Positions 12,161-25,439 of a DNA stretch of 64,000 nt are shown here, piece by piece. Source of the stretch: Squalus acanthias. Its lineage: Eukaryota. Each line of letters opens with the position of its first letter. Within the stretch, counting starts at the first letter, position 1. The stretch spans positions 10,416,001-10,480,000 of the forward strand of contig CM059432.1 in assembly GCA_030390025.1 (NCBI GenBank), given 5' to 3'. The notes beneath the pieces were generated by a model that saw only the letters and a list, made by a program, of their open reading frames with translations, ran no database searches and was not told the DNA's origin. A program made the translations under genes and the position numbers.

Positions 12161-13039
12161 AGTCCCAGGAATACTAGATGGATTGGGGGGGTGGGGGGGG
12201 GAGGTGATGGGAGAGATGCAGACACCTCAATTTCCTAGCTACAGCCCAGATATTTACATGAAGTAAAATGAAATGTCAGTGCCCCGCTTGTGAACAGACC
12301 CCAGCCTTCCTCGAGCACGCGTCCACGCCGATTTCAGCGTCAATCAGTGCCGAGCACCAAGTTGCAAAAATCACCTTGCGACACTTCTCTTTGGATCAGT
12401 CAGGTAGCGCAGATAAACGCAGGAGAACGTTTCAGTAAGTAAGTTGCGTTATAGAGAGGCGGGTAATGGCAGTCCATAAACTAGAATAATTGCTGCGCAT
12501 TGAACACTGGCAGGGGTCATTCAAAGCTTTCTTTATTTTTTTTTTATCTTGGTCTGAACTTGCTGTCCTCCAATTTCTATACAAAAGTAATTGAATTCAA
12601 TCTGCTCAGCGGTGATTTACGTACACAAAAGGTCGGTCCTTACATCAAACTTTGACAGGTCTTGATAGTGCTATTCAGATGATGAAATGCAGGTTTCAAA
12701 GTCTATTCAATCAAGATGTCATTATACATACCAAAGAGACAGCTTTTTTATTTTATTTTTTTGCTTTTCATATATTCTATACCTTGCGCCTTTCAGAATC
12801 CCATCGCACGTTGAAATTATGTTTTTGATTATGTAACAATAACACATTAGTGGCTTTTTTTCTTCCTCGGTTTTGTCCCTCATCCTAGTCCTTTCATCTT
12901 GATTGAGATGGATCGGGAAATAGTTCAAAGAACGAATTCATAATAGGGCTTTGGCACAAGGGATGAATAAATGTAATAAACCTCTAGGCTCCACCCCAGA
13001 GCGCCGTGCAAACTCTGGGCTCTGTGGGAATGCTATGCA

Positions 13040-13237
13040 CTGCCTGAAAGGGCGGTGGAAGCAGATTCAGTCGTAACTTTCAAAGGGGAATTGGATAAAT
13101 ACTTGAAGGGGAAAAAAAAATTGCAGGGCTATGGGGAAAGAGCAAGGTGGGGGAGTGGAACTAATTGGAGAGCTCTTTCAAAGAGCCGGCACAGGCACGA
13201 TGGGCCGAGTGGCCTCCTTCTGTGCTGTTTCATTCTA
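13040..13237 (+). mobile_element. CR1 3' end; its tail is split by the MITE at 13238
   Basis: VEADSVVTFKGELDKYL; tail resumes as ATGATTCTATGA at ~13895. Confidence 0.85.
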
Positions 13238-13893
13238 GGGGGGAAAAATGAGGTCGCACCCCCTTTGGGGCGCTAACTTCACCAGGGTGCTACTCTTAAC
13301 ACCCCAAAAAAGTTAGCGCTCCTGCGCCAGAAATTGTATGGTAGCGCCCCAAGCAGGAGGCGGGGGGCTATTGGAAGCGCTCCTCCTCCCTCTTGGGGCG
13401 CTCCCATTCAATATCGGGGCGCTACGTGCCGCAGCGCACACGCGCGCCGGCACGTAGCACCGCGGTACTGCAGGCCTCCCTCCCCTGATTAAAGGGGAGG
13501 GGCCTAGCGCAGCACGCACCGGGGCCCTGCTGGACCACCGGCGAGCGGGGTGCCGGGAAAACAGCCCAGCACTCAAGAGGAGAGCCGGGCCGAGCGACCG
13601 CAGGAGGAGGCGCGAGGGGGCAGGTGCTGGCAGGCGGCCCAATAAAAAATGACGGCCCGGCACCGGCCCTTTAATTTGCGCCACCGCGGCCGCAAACACG
13701 GCACCCTGACCCTGTCGGACATAGCATCCGGCGGTAGGTCAGGGGGCGCGAGCAAAGCTTGCGGCCGGGGTGCTGCGCACGGTGATGATATCATCGTCGG
13801 AGGCGCAGCGCCGCAGGGCGCTACCAGCTACCGCCACCGCTAACCCCCCGCTGAATTTTAAAGGGAGGCACACAGCAACCCAATTTTTCCCTT
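13238..13893. mobile_element. Non-autonomous Harbinger-type MITE
   Basis: Imperfect TIRs GGGGAAAAATGAGGTCGC / GCAACCCAATTTTTCCC; repeated GGGGCGCT motifs; homologous to 36872-37443. Confidence 0.75.
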
Positions 13894-14549
13894 TATGATT
13901 CTATGATATTAGGAAGATGAGAAATTTCAGTGCACAAGACAGCACAAGCATTGTTAGTTCTAATTGTAGATGCTAAAATTCTTGTTGAAATTTCCTTCAT
14001 GCAAAATTGAAGATAAGAGCCTCGAAATGACGGCTGGTGATAGTAGAGGAGGAACGTTTAACATATATATGAGGTTCCTTTGTGCAATATTTCAGTACCA
14101 GCATTAACTCATTTATTTACAATAGCATGCATAGGAGGGTCATACAAATGCATCTGCTAACATCACCAATAGTTATTTCTGAACTGAAAAGTGGTTTTTT
14201 TTCCCTGCTCTTGCCACATTCCTGTAATTTTTTTTTCAAACTAAGCAATATAGGCAGGTCAAGAGCATTTTGCAGAAGATATAGTCAATGCCTGATTCTG
14301 ATCGAGCGCGCAAAAAAAGAATGACCAACTTCATCTATCACGATTCTTTACCTCATTGAAAAAATATTCTTTAAGGCTTCAGATAGTTTGTAACAATTAA
14401 CAATAACAGAGATCCAATAATCACCTTGTCAACTTTAACCAGAAATATCAGACGTTCCATCGGACGCCTACCTCAGTTCAGACAAAGACCACCAGAATGG
14501 CCACAAACCTGGCAGGGAGTCTAAGCTGACAAAGATAATCCTCATTATT

Positions 14550-15040
14550 TAGGATGTCAAAGCACTGCAGAGGGTGGAGATGAGATTTACCAGAATGGTA
14601 GCAGGGATGCAGGACTTCAGTTACGTGGAGAGACTAGGGAAGCTGGGGTTGTTCTTCATAGAGCGGAGAAGGTTAAGGGGAGATTTGATAGAGGTGCTCA
14701 AAATGATAAGGGGTTTTGATGGAGTAAATAAGGAGAAACTGTTTCCAGTGGCAGGAGGGTCGGTAATCAGAGGACAAGGTAATTGGCAAAAGAACCACAG
14801 GGGAGATGAGGATAATTTTTTCACGCAGCGAGTTCTTATGATCTGGAATGCGCTGCCTGAAAGGGCGGTGGAAGCAGATTCACAAGTAACTTTCAAAAGA
14901 GAATTGGAGATATACTTGAAAAGGAAAAATGCGCAGGGCTATGGGGAAAGAGCAGGGAGAGTGGGACTAATTGGATAGCTCTTTCAAAGAGCCGGCACAG
15001 GCACAATGGGCCGAACGGCCTCCTTCTGTGCTGTATGATT
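14550..15040 (+). mobile_element. CR1 LINE 3' fragment
   Basis: RFTRMVAGMQDFSYVERL...FFTQRVLMIWNALPE. Confidence 0.9.
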
Positions 15041-15044
15041 TTCT

Positions 15045-15340
15045 TCTTCTTAGGCAGTCCCTCGGAACCGAGGATGACTTGCTTCCGCACTAAAAATGAG
15101 TTCTCAGGGTGACTGATGAGTCCAATGCGGGACCTACAGTCTCTGTCACAGGTGGGGCAGACGGTGGTTGAAGGGGGGCGGGTGGGTGGGGTGCTTGGGT
15201 TGACATGCGCTCCTTCCGCTGTTTGCGCTTGGTTTCCGCTTGCTCCTGGCGAAGAGACTCAAGGTGTTCGGCGCCTTCCCGGATGCCTCTCCTCCACTTT
15301 GTGCGGTCTTGGGCCAGGGATTCCCGGGTGTCAGTGGGTC
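15045..15340 (+). mobile_element. Probable retroposon fragment resembling an RTE-type 5' region
   Basis: TCTTCTTCTTAGGCAGTCCCTCGGAACCGAGGATGACTTGCTTCC start; recognised from memory only. Confidence 0.35.
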
Positions 15341-16234
15341 GCTGTATATGATTTTATGGTAACAACAATATGCATTCACCACGATTTACTACGTTAAAGG
15401 CGCTATATAAATGCAAGTTGATGTTATGAAGCACTTTTAAGGTAGAAAAAACATCCCTCAGTGCTTCACAGAGACATAATCAGAAAATAATCTTGAGAGG
15501 GCAGAGCCTCCAGTGTCAAATAAAAGGCCATTGGCCTAGAGCGGACCAGGGACATCCTAGTTCAGCAGTTCCCATATCCTGGCCCTCAGTCGCCACCCAG
15601 ATTAGAGACGGCAACTTTGGGTATCACCCCCACCCTCGCCCAAGTCTTGCCAGCCATTTGGGGTGGGGCAGCGCCACAGATGCATCCCCAAACCACTGAA
15701 GGCCCGCTCCTGGAGGCCCTGACCCCTGACCCCGCGAACCTAGGCGGTGGAGTTCCGCGGCAGGCTCGACCCCCAGAAATCAGGCTGGATTTTCCGTGAT
15801 GCCATGCTTTAACATGCTGGTGAATATATTTTTGCAGTCAGGCCAGCATTCAGTCACATGTACAGCAGCCTGTGGCATTCAGCAATAGAAAAGGATGCCA
15901 CTCAACCAATGCCTAAATCATCTATTCCCACTATCAAAGAGTTATACATGTGACTGCGTGGTTTCACGGGTGGTCCATGGAGCCCTGATACTAAGGGAAT
16001 CATTTTAAGCCAATGAAGTCAATGGAGAGTAATATTGGGCGGGAGGTAAAACCGGCGTTCCACCCGATCCTGTGGGACTCCTGCCCAGCGAGTTAGGTTA
16101 GAATTACCACCCCCCGCCATGGTTTTCCTACATATTGTAGGGTCTCAGCGAGCGAGTCATGGCACTGATTAGCCCGTACCATCCCGCAGACCAAAAGCAC
16201 GTTTGAAAATCAGGAACGGCCCTGAGCGGAGATT

Positions 16235-16570
16235 TGGGGCTGGATTTTACCTTTTGATGCGGCTTGGGGGCGGGACAGCTGCCTCCGGGTTCCGATCCCG
16301 CCCCCAACGACGTCCGACGCACAGACGCTATTTTACATCAATTGGCCTAGTTCAGCCCGCCCTGCGGGATGCCGGCCAACTAAGAGAAAGCCGGTGTCAG
16401 ATGACGTCAGTCGATGGCATGTCATCTGCCGGTTTTCTTAAAGGGGCCACGCACAATTTTTTTTGACAGGTGATTTTTCAGTGTTTGACAGCATTGAGGT
16501 GCTGCAAACACTGACAATAACTGTACAAAGGTGAGCCCTTGCACCCAGGCTCTCCAGTGACTCCCTCCTT
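16235..16570 (+). mobile_element. Harbinger-like terminal fragment leading into the start of a Myb gene
   Basis: Begins GGGGCTGGATTTT; similar to the reverse complement of 29230-29540 (CAGCATTGAGGTGCTGCAAACACTGAC). Confidence 0.6.
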
Positions 16571-16624
16571 AGGCTAGAACAAATGGCAGCTACAGGTGAG
16601 GTTACAGATTACAACAAGCGAGAG

Positions 16625-17045
16625 TCTAACCAACTCGTCTTGACATTCAATGACATTACCATCGCCGAATCCCCCACTATCAACATCCTAGGGGTCACCA
16701 TTAGCCAGAAACTTAACAGGACCAGCCACATAAATACTGTGGCAACTGAGTGGCACCGCCAAAAGGACAAGGGCAGCAGGCGCATGCGAACACCACCACC
16801 TCCAAGTTCCCCTCCAAGTCACACACCATCCTGACTTAGAAGTATATCGCCGATCCTTCATCGTCGCTGGGTCAAAATCCTGGAACTCCCTACCTAACAG
16901 CACTGTGGGAGTACCATCACCACATGGACTGCAGCGGTTCAAGAAGGTGGCTCACCACCACCTTCTCAAGGGCAATTAGGGATGGGCAATAAATGCTGGC
17001 CTTGCCAGCGACGCCCAGATCCCATAAACGAATTTAAAAAAAGAA
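16625..17045 (+). mobile_element. L2/Crack-like LINE 3' fragment with internal deletion
   Basis: ITIAESPTINILGVTI; same 3' UTR as the copies at 18065, 36330 and 39270. Confidence 0.75.
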
Positions 17046-18064
17046 GCGATCTGTCACTGGTGAGAGAGGTCCTCCCAATGAGGTGGGACTACACAAACAC
17101 TTCAAAACTTGTTACCTACAGAAAAGTCTAAATACATTAAAAATTATTTTCCCAATATTTTCTTACCTCTGAAACTCACCAGTGTACCATTGGATCCTTC
17201 ACACCACTTCTGCGGCTGTCATCAATGAAGAAATATTGCAGTAGACCCACAGCACGTCACACTTACCCTGGCGTGGTGTCCGGACTTTGGGAAGCCCGCA
17301 GTAGACCTATCAAAATTGGAAAAAGCCTTTTAACTGCCTGTTAACAACCTGTTAACAAGCAGTTAAGTGCCTATAATCCTCTTCCCGCTGCTAAGTGTCG
17401 GATCCATGCGCAAATCGGGGACCAGACACCCGGGAAGATTGTTTGGAGGCGGCTTGACAGCGGGTTCGGGACCCGCTGTCAATCTTTGCAATTTTGCCAC
17501 CGGTCCCACCTCCAAACCCGCCCCCTGAGCGCCGACAAAATTCCCCCCTTGGCATCTCGAAGGAATGGGACAGATATTTCAGCCACACTAGGGCGAGCTC
17601 CACAATCCCAAGAGAGTTGGCAGTGCGATGCTACATCTGAAAATCTGGGACTCTCGCTCTCCCCCAGATGGCCATTGATGCTGAGTCAGTTGAAATTTTT
17701 TTAGACTCAGATCGATAAATTTTTGTTCGGGAAGGGTATCAAGGGACATGGATCAAAGGCGGGTAACTGGAGCTAGGGTAAAGATCAGCCATGATCTAAT
17801 TGAATGGCAGAACAGGCTTGATGGGCTGAATGGTCTACTCCTGTCCCTATGTTCCGATGCGTGCTGCACAGTATAGCTGTGGGCAGAAAGGGGAACAGCC
17901 GTGTAGATCACATCGAGAAAATTCCAGGAATAAAAGCAATTGTATCCCAGTGTGTATATAAAATGAAAGACTTGGATTTCTATTGCGCATTTTCACAACA
18001 TCAGGATGCCCCGAAGTGCTTTACAGCCAATGAAGTACTTTTTGAAGTGTTATAATGTAGGATT

Positions 18065-18568
18065 CTTTCCTGGGATTTGGGCATCGCTGGCAAGCCCAGC
18101 ATTTATTGCCCATCCCTAGTTGCCCTTGAGAAGGTGGTGGTGAGCCGCCTTCTTGAACCGCTGCAGTCCGTGTGGTGAAGGTACTCCCACAGTGCTGTTA
18201 GGGAGGGAGTTCCAAGATTTTGACCCAGCGACGATGAAGGATCGGCGATATACTTCCAAGTCAGGATGGTGTGTGACTTGGAGGGGAACTTGGAGGTGGT
18301 GGTGTTCCCATGCGCCTGCTGCCCTTGTCCTTCTAGGTGGAAGAGGTCACGGGTTTGGGAGGTGCTGCCGAAGAAGCCTTGGCGAGTTGCTGCAGTGCAT
18401 CTTGTAGATGGTACACACTGCAGCCACGGTGCGCCGGTGGTGGAGGGAGTGAATGTTTAAGGTGGTGGATGGGGTGCCAATCAAGCGGGCTGCTTTGTCC
18501 TGGATGGTGTCGAGCTTCTTGAGTGTTGTTGGAGCTGCACTCATCCAGGCAAGTGGAGAGTATGCCAC
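18065..18568 (-). mobile_element. L2/Crack-like LINE 3' fragment
   Basis: LKKLDTIQDKAARLIG...HSLHHRRTVAAVCTIYKMH is a non-LTR RT C-terminal motif; exact clade uncertain. Confidence 0.8.
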
Positions 18569-19892
18569 TGTGAAATGAATAGTTATTATTAGGTAACCCT
18601 ACAATTTAAGCATTTATTTTCTCCATTAAGGCAAAGTTAAAGTGTTTCATTAAAATGTGTTTTGGAAAAGAAAGGACAGGTTGGCTGTGACAATCCCGTA
18701 ACGATGCATTGTTGGGCTGAACTGATGAGAGGATGTGAGGCTGTAGGTAACAATCCTATTGTGCCCCTGTGCTGTGATCCTTTCAGATCTTGACTGCAGA
18801 AACAACTCGCTTGTTACTTCAGGAACTACAAGAAAGCTAATTAAAACTGTGCACTGTGCACTGAGAAAAAACCTGCCCGATAATCAGAAGAGCCCTCTAA
18901 CTATTTTTTTAGTGTCCGTGCAAGCGTTCAGTTTCACATGATGGTATCTGTGACACATTATGAGTTCGAGCTATCTGCAACTTTTTATCTGCTCAGTCAC
19001 CTGGTGTTAATTAAAGAGCCATTGGACAGTTCCACCAGGACATCAATAATTCAGGCTTGTAAGGAGCTATATACCTGACACATTTCCAGCTTAATGGTTC
19101 TATGCTTTTTGCCTTGTTTTTGTTCTTCCCTTCACTATTTAACCGTGAGACCCCAGCCTTTGATCCTGCCCCTTTGCTTACGATCGGCAATTATTTAACC
19201 TCTACCTTATCCACCACGGATCTAAATAGCTCCCACTGCTGGTCTTCTATTTGAACTGCAATTTTTTCCAACAATTATTTTGGAATAGGTCCCCTGCCCA
19301 CCTTTCCACCTTCATCTTCAAATCCTCTTCCGCTTCACCTATTTTCAATGTCCATTAGTTGATTGTCACTAATTCAGAAGCAGTTTTCCTACTTGTCTTT
19401 TTGGACTCTAGGGGAATCAAGGGATATGGGGATCGGGCAGGAAAGTGGAGTTGAGGTTGAAGATCAGCCATGATCTTATTGACTAGCGGAGCAGGCTCGA
19501 GGGGCCGTATGGCCTACTCCTGCTCCTATTTCTTATGTAATGTTCAAGTTTTCTACTTGTCCAGCTTCATTACCTAGAACCATATCTAGCACTCCATTCC
19601 CCCCTGTTAGAAATGCAACATACTGACTAAGAAAACAGTCCTGCATATATTCTAAGCAGCCCTCCCCTATTTTAAACAGACATTTATCTTATCCCAACCT
19701 ATATTTACATCGAATTACACAGCACAGGAACAGGCCATTTGGCTGAACAATTCTATTTTCATTCTGATTCATTCACGGGATGTGGGCTTCGCTGGCAAGG
19801 CCAGCATTTATCCCCTGATTGGTGGTGACAACTGAGTGGCTTGCTAGGCCATTCCAAAGGGCAGTTAAGAGTCAACCACATTGCTGTGGGTA

Positions 19893-22175
19893 TAAGAACA
19901 TAAGAACATAAGAAATTGGAGCAGGAGTAGGCCATTCGGCCCTTCGAGCCTGCTCCGCCATTCAATGAGATCATGGCTGATCTTCTGCCTCAATTCCATT
20001 CACCGGCCTTATCGCCATATCCCTTGATGCCCTTACTAGTCAGAAATCTATCGACTTCTGTTTTGAATATACCCAATGACTGAGCCTCCACAGCCCTCTG
20101 GGGTAGAGAATTCCAAAGATTCACCACCCTCTGTGTGAAGAAATTTCTTCTCATCTCAGTCCTGAATGGCCTACCCTTTATCCTGAGGCTGTGGCCCCTG
20201 GTTCTAGACTCCCCAGCCAAGGGAAACATTCTCCCAGCATCCACCCTATCAAGCCCTGTAATAATTTTGTATGCTTCAATGAGATCCCCTCTCATTCTTC
20301 TGAAATCAAGAGAATACAGGTCTAGTTTACTCAATCTCTTCTCATACGACAGTCCCGCCATCCCAGGAATCAATCTCGTGAACCTTCGTTGCACTCCCTC
20401 TATGGCAAGTATATCCTTCCTTAGGTAAGGAGACCAAAATTGTACACAGAACTCCAGGTGTGGTCTCACCAAGGCCCTATATAATTGGAGTAAGACTTCT
20501 TTACTCCTGTACTCAAATCCTCTTGTAATGAAGGCCAGCATACCATTTGCCTTCCTAATGGCTTGCTGCACCTGCACATTCACTTTCAGTGACTCATGTA
20601 CAAGGACACCCAGGTCCCTTTGAGCATCTGCATTCCCCAATCTTTCACCATTTAGGAAATACTCTGTTTTTTCTACCAAAGTGGATAACTTCACATTTAT
20701 CCACATTATAATCCATCTGCCATGTTCTCACCCACTCACTGAGCCTGTCGAGATCCCCTTGAAGCCTCTTCACATCCTCTTCGCAACTGACACTGCCACC
20801 TAGCTTTGTATCATCAGCAAATTTGGAAATGTTACATTTAGTCCCCTCATCCAAATCATTGATATAGATTGTGAATAGCTGGGGCCCAAGCACGGATCCT
20901 TACAGTACCCCACTAGTCACAGCCTGCCATCCTGAAAAAGACCCGTTTATCCCTACTGTTTGTTTTCTGTCTGTTAACCAATTCTCAATCCATGCTAGTA
21001 TATTACCCCCAATTCCATGTGCCCTAATTTTGTTCACCAACCTCTTGTGTGGGACCTTATCGAAGGCCTTCTGAAAAGCCAAATACATCACATCTACCGG
21101 TTCCCCTTTGACTACTCCACTAGTTACATCCTCAAAGAACTCCAATAGGTTTGTCAAACAGGACTTCCCTTTCATAAATCCATATTGACTCTGACCAATC
21201 TTACTATTAGTTTCTAAGTGCCCAGTTATTGCATCCTTTATAATAGATTCCAGCATTTTCCCAACTACTGATGTGAGGCTAACAGGTCTGTAGTTCCCCG
21301 TTTTCTCTCTCCCTCCTTTCTTAAATAGCGGGGTTATATTTGCTATCCTCCAATCTGCAGGAACCATTCCAGAATCTATAGAATTTTGGAAGATGACAAC
21401 CAATGCGTCCACTATCCCAATGGCCACCTCTTTCAAAACCCTAGGATGTAGGTCATCCGGTCCTTGAGATTTATTGACTTTTAGTCCCATTAATTTTGCT
21501 AGTACTGTTTTTTTACTAATAATAATTTCTTTAAGTTCCTCATTTTCGCCACACCCTTGGTTTTCTCGTATTTCTGGGAGGTTTTTTGTGTCTTCCTCCG
21601 TGAAGACAGAAACAAAGTTTTTATTTAATTTCTCAGCCATTTCCTCATTCCCCATTATAAATTCTCCTGTCTCTGACTGTAAAGGACCTACATTTACCTT
21701 CGCCAGTCTTTTCCTTTTCACATACCTATAGAAGCTTTTACAATCCGTTTTTATATTTTTCGCTAGTTTGTGCTCATATTCCATTTTCCCTCTCTTTATC
21801 AATTTCTTGGTCCCCCTTTGCTGATTTCTAAAAAGATCCCAATCCTCAGGCTGACCACTTTTTCTGGCAACTTTATAAGCTTCCTCCTTTGACTTAATAC
21901 TAGCTTTAATTTCTTTTCTTAGCCATGGTTGGATCACTTTTCCTTTTGGGTTTTTAAGCCCTAGAGGAATATATGTTTGTTGCAAATTATGCATTATTTC
22001 CTTGAATGTTAGCCATTGTATGTCCACCTTCATACCTTTTAGTGTAGTCTCCCAATCTACCATGGCCAACTTGTCCCTCATACCCTTGTAGTTTCCTCTG
22101 TTTAGATTGAAGACCTTAGTTTCAGATTGGACTACATCATTCTCAAACTTAATATAAAATTCAATCATATTACAG
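19893..22175 (-). mobile_element. 5'-truncated CR1 LINE ORF2 (linker + RT) with stops and frameshift
   Basis: ORFs 20900-22189, 20645-20893 (YINDL, KFADDTKL), 19990-20706; (TTCTTATG)n tail. Confidence 0.95.
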
Positions 22176-22179
22176 TATG

Positions 22180-22430
22180 ATGGAGTCACATATAGGCCGG
22201 ACCAGGTAAGGGCAGCAGGTTTCCTTCCCTAAAGGACATTAGTGAACCAGATGGGTTTTTACAACAATCTGGTAGTATCTTCTTATTTAATTAATAATTA
22301 AATAAATTTAATTGAATTTAAATTCCCCAGCTGCCCTGGTGGGATTTGAACTCATGTCTGGCCAGATTATTAGTCCAGGCCTTTCTGGATTACTGGTCCA
22401 GTAACATAACCATGATGCTACCGTACCCCT
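22180..22430 (-). mobile_element. tRNA-derived SINE, same family as 575-935
   Basis: Reverse complement of TGGTTCACTAATGTCCTTTAGGGAAGGAAA and of the SINE head. Confidence 0.75.
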
Positions 22431-22704
22431 ATGCCGCTGTTTATGCTCTACACGAGGCTCCTCGCACCTTAGTTCATCTCACCCTATCAGCACAGCCTTT
22501 TTTCTCTCTTCTTCCGTCTGAGAGTAAACTGCAGCACCAGAGTGCTGGCCTCTCATCTAGCAGATCATAATTGCACCACTAGTCTTGCTTTCCAACTATC
22601 CTTGGGGTCAAGTCTATCACCAGCTGTGGCTGGATAACCTATGGGAAGAAAGTAAATCTGTACCAAGAAGGGATTCCCTACCCAAACTTACCATCTGCCC
22701 ATAC

Positions 22705-24365
22705 CACACACTCACACACACACACTCACACACACACATTCACACACACACATTCACACACACACAGACACACACTCACTCACTCACAGACACAGACACA
22801 CACTCACTCACAGGCATACGCACACACAGACACAGACACACACAGACACACACTCACTCACTCACAGACACAGACACACACTCACTCACTCACAGACACA
22901 GACCCACACTCACTCATTCACAGACACAGACACACACTCACTCACTCACAGACACAGACACACACTCACTCATTCACAGACACAGACACACACTCACTCA
23001 CTCACAGACACAGACACACACTCACTCACTCACAGACACAGACCCACACTCACTCACAGGCATACGCACACACAGACACAGACCCACACAGACACACACT
23101 CACTCACTCACAGACACAGACACACACTCACTCACTCACAGACACAGACACACACTCACTCACTCACAGACACAGACACACACTCACTCACAGGCATACG
23201 CACACACAGACACAGACCCACACAGACACACACTCACTCACTCACAGACACAGACACACACTCACTCACTCACAGACACAGACCCACACAGACACACACT
23301 CACTCACTCACAGACACAGACACACACTCACTCACTCACAGACACAGACCCACACTCACTCACTCACAGACACAGACCCACACAGACACACACTCACAGG
23401 CACACGCACACACAGACACACACAGTCACACGCACTCACTCAGATGCACTCACACACACACACACACACACTCACACAGACACACACTCACTAACTCACT
23501 CACAGACACACACACACACACTCACTCACTCACAGACACACACGCTCACTCACACACACAGACACACACACACACTCACACACAGAAACTCGCACACACA
23601 GACACACACACACACTCACACACAGAAACTCGCACACACAGAAACTCGCACACACAGAAACTCGCACACACAGACATTCACACACACTGACACACAGAAA
23701 CTCGCACACACAGAAACTCGCACACACAGAAACTCGCACACACAGACACACACACACACTGACACTCACACACACAGACACTCACACACACAGACACTCA
23801 CACACACAGACACTCACACAGACACCTCACACACACAGACACTCACACAAACAGACACTCACACACACTGACACTCACACAGACACCTCACACACACAGA
23901 CACTCACACACACAGACACTCACACAGACACCTCACACACACAGACACTCACACACACAGACACTCACACACACAGACACTCACACACACAGACACTCAC
24001 ACAGACACCTCACACACACAGACACTCACACACACAGACACTCACACACACTGACACTCACACAGACACCTCACACACACAGACACTCACACGCACTGAC
24101 ACTCACACAGACACCTCACACACACAGACACTCACACACACAGACACTCACACAGACACCTCACACACACAGACACTCACACACACAGACACTCACACAC
24201 ACAGACACTCACACAGACACCTCACACACACAGACACTCACACACACAGACACTCACACAGACACCTCACACACACAGACACTCACACACACTGACACTC
24301 ACACACACAGACACTCACACACACAGACACTCACACACACTGACACTCACACACACAGACACACA
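22705..24365. repeat. Complex (CA)n-derived microsatellite (CACT/CAGA variants)
   Basis: Direct inspection. Confidence 0.97.
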
Positions 24366-24489
24366 TGGTTAGTCCTCTGCACCAAGAGATCTCCGTGAGC
24401 TGGGAGGACAAAATGCGCCAGCCTCTGGTCATCTCCACAGACAGAAAGCCACTCTGAGGTCAATCTGCCTATTGAATGCTTAAATTTTG

Positions 24490-24780
24490 CTTAAAACCTG
24501 TTACATCTGTAACATTTTCCAGTTCCGACGTAAGATCACAGACCTGAAATGTTAACTTTGTTAACTCTGTCTTTTCTACATGACAACAGTGACCACACTT
24601 CAAAAGTACTTCATTGGCAGTAAAGCGCTTCAGGCCGTCCTAAGGTTGTGAAAGGCGCTATATAAATGCAAGTCTTTCTTTCTTTCTGTTTCTCTCTCAC
24701 GGATGCTGCCTGACCTGCCGAGTGTTTTCCAGCATTCTCTGTTTTTATTTCCGATTTCCAGCATCCGCAGTATTTTGCCG
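24490..24780 (+). mobile_element. Penelope-like family B pseudo-LTR with degenerate hammerhead, interrupted by a Deu-SINE tail (~24580-24685)
   Basis: Matches 4580-4740; hammerhead core mutated to CCGACGT. Confidence 0.7.
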
Positions 24781-25439
24781 TTGCCTATTGAACGGTCTGG
24801 CTCGGGATCCAGATTTCCGATCTTCCCACTGGTTATCCAGCCACTGCTGGTGATAGACTTGACCCCCAAGGAGAGTTGGAAATCAAAACCGATGGTGCGA
24901 TTGTGATCTCCTAGATGAGAGGCCGACACTCTGGTTTAATCTCAATTGACATTTTCCTTACTCTTCCTAACATTTGAATCTGAGTAACGTTTACTTAGAA
25001 TTACATAGGCCGGAATATTTCGGGGGGTCAGGGGGCTGGGACGGTCCAGCTGGGAAAATGTTTTTTTTTGACAGCGGGTAGGTGAACCCGCTGCTCAACC
25101 CGCCTCCACGCTAGTCTCCCAGGAGTCGGGTCTGTCAGCGCTGAACAGACCCGACACCAAGCGGCGGGGGAGGCAATTTAGATCATTAGCTGAAACAACA
25201 ACAGAAAACGTTGGATAAACTCAGCAGGCCAGGCAACATCCGTGGAGAGAGAAACTAGATCATTAGTTGGATTGTTAAGGGGCAATTAAGTATTATTTGA
25301 AGCTCACCTTTAGATTTTTAGAGTTCGCTAACGGCTTCCCCGCTGCTCGGGGATCACGTCAGGTAAGGAGGTCGGGAGTTGTGTCAGCATGGGATGATTT
25401 ACTAACTTGACAGCTGCAAATGGTCTATAAAAGCTCCCA

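Noticed and set aside
12722..12928. Minus-strand ORF DERTRMRDKTEEEKKPLMCYCYII as an exon
   Set aside because: Mediocre splice signals and no recognisable homology
13238..13893. CpG island or GC-rich ORFs (also 36872-37443)
   Set aside because: Explained by Harbinger-type MITEs with TIRs
22585..23871. 428-aa His/Thr-rich ORF
   Set aside because: Translation of a CA-type microsatellite that lacks stop codons
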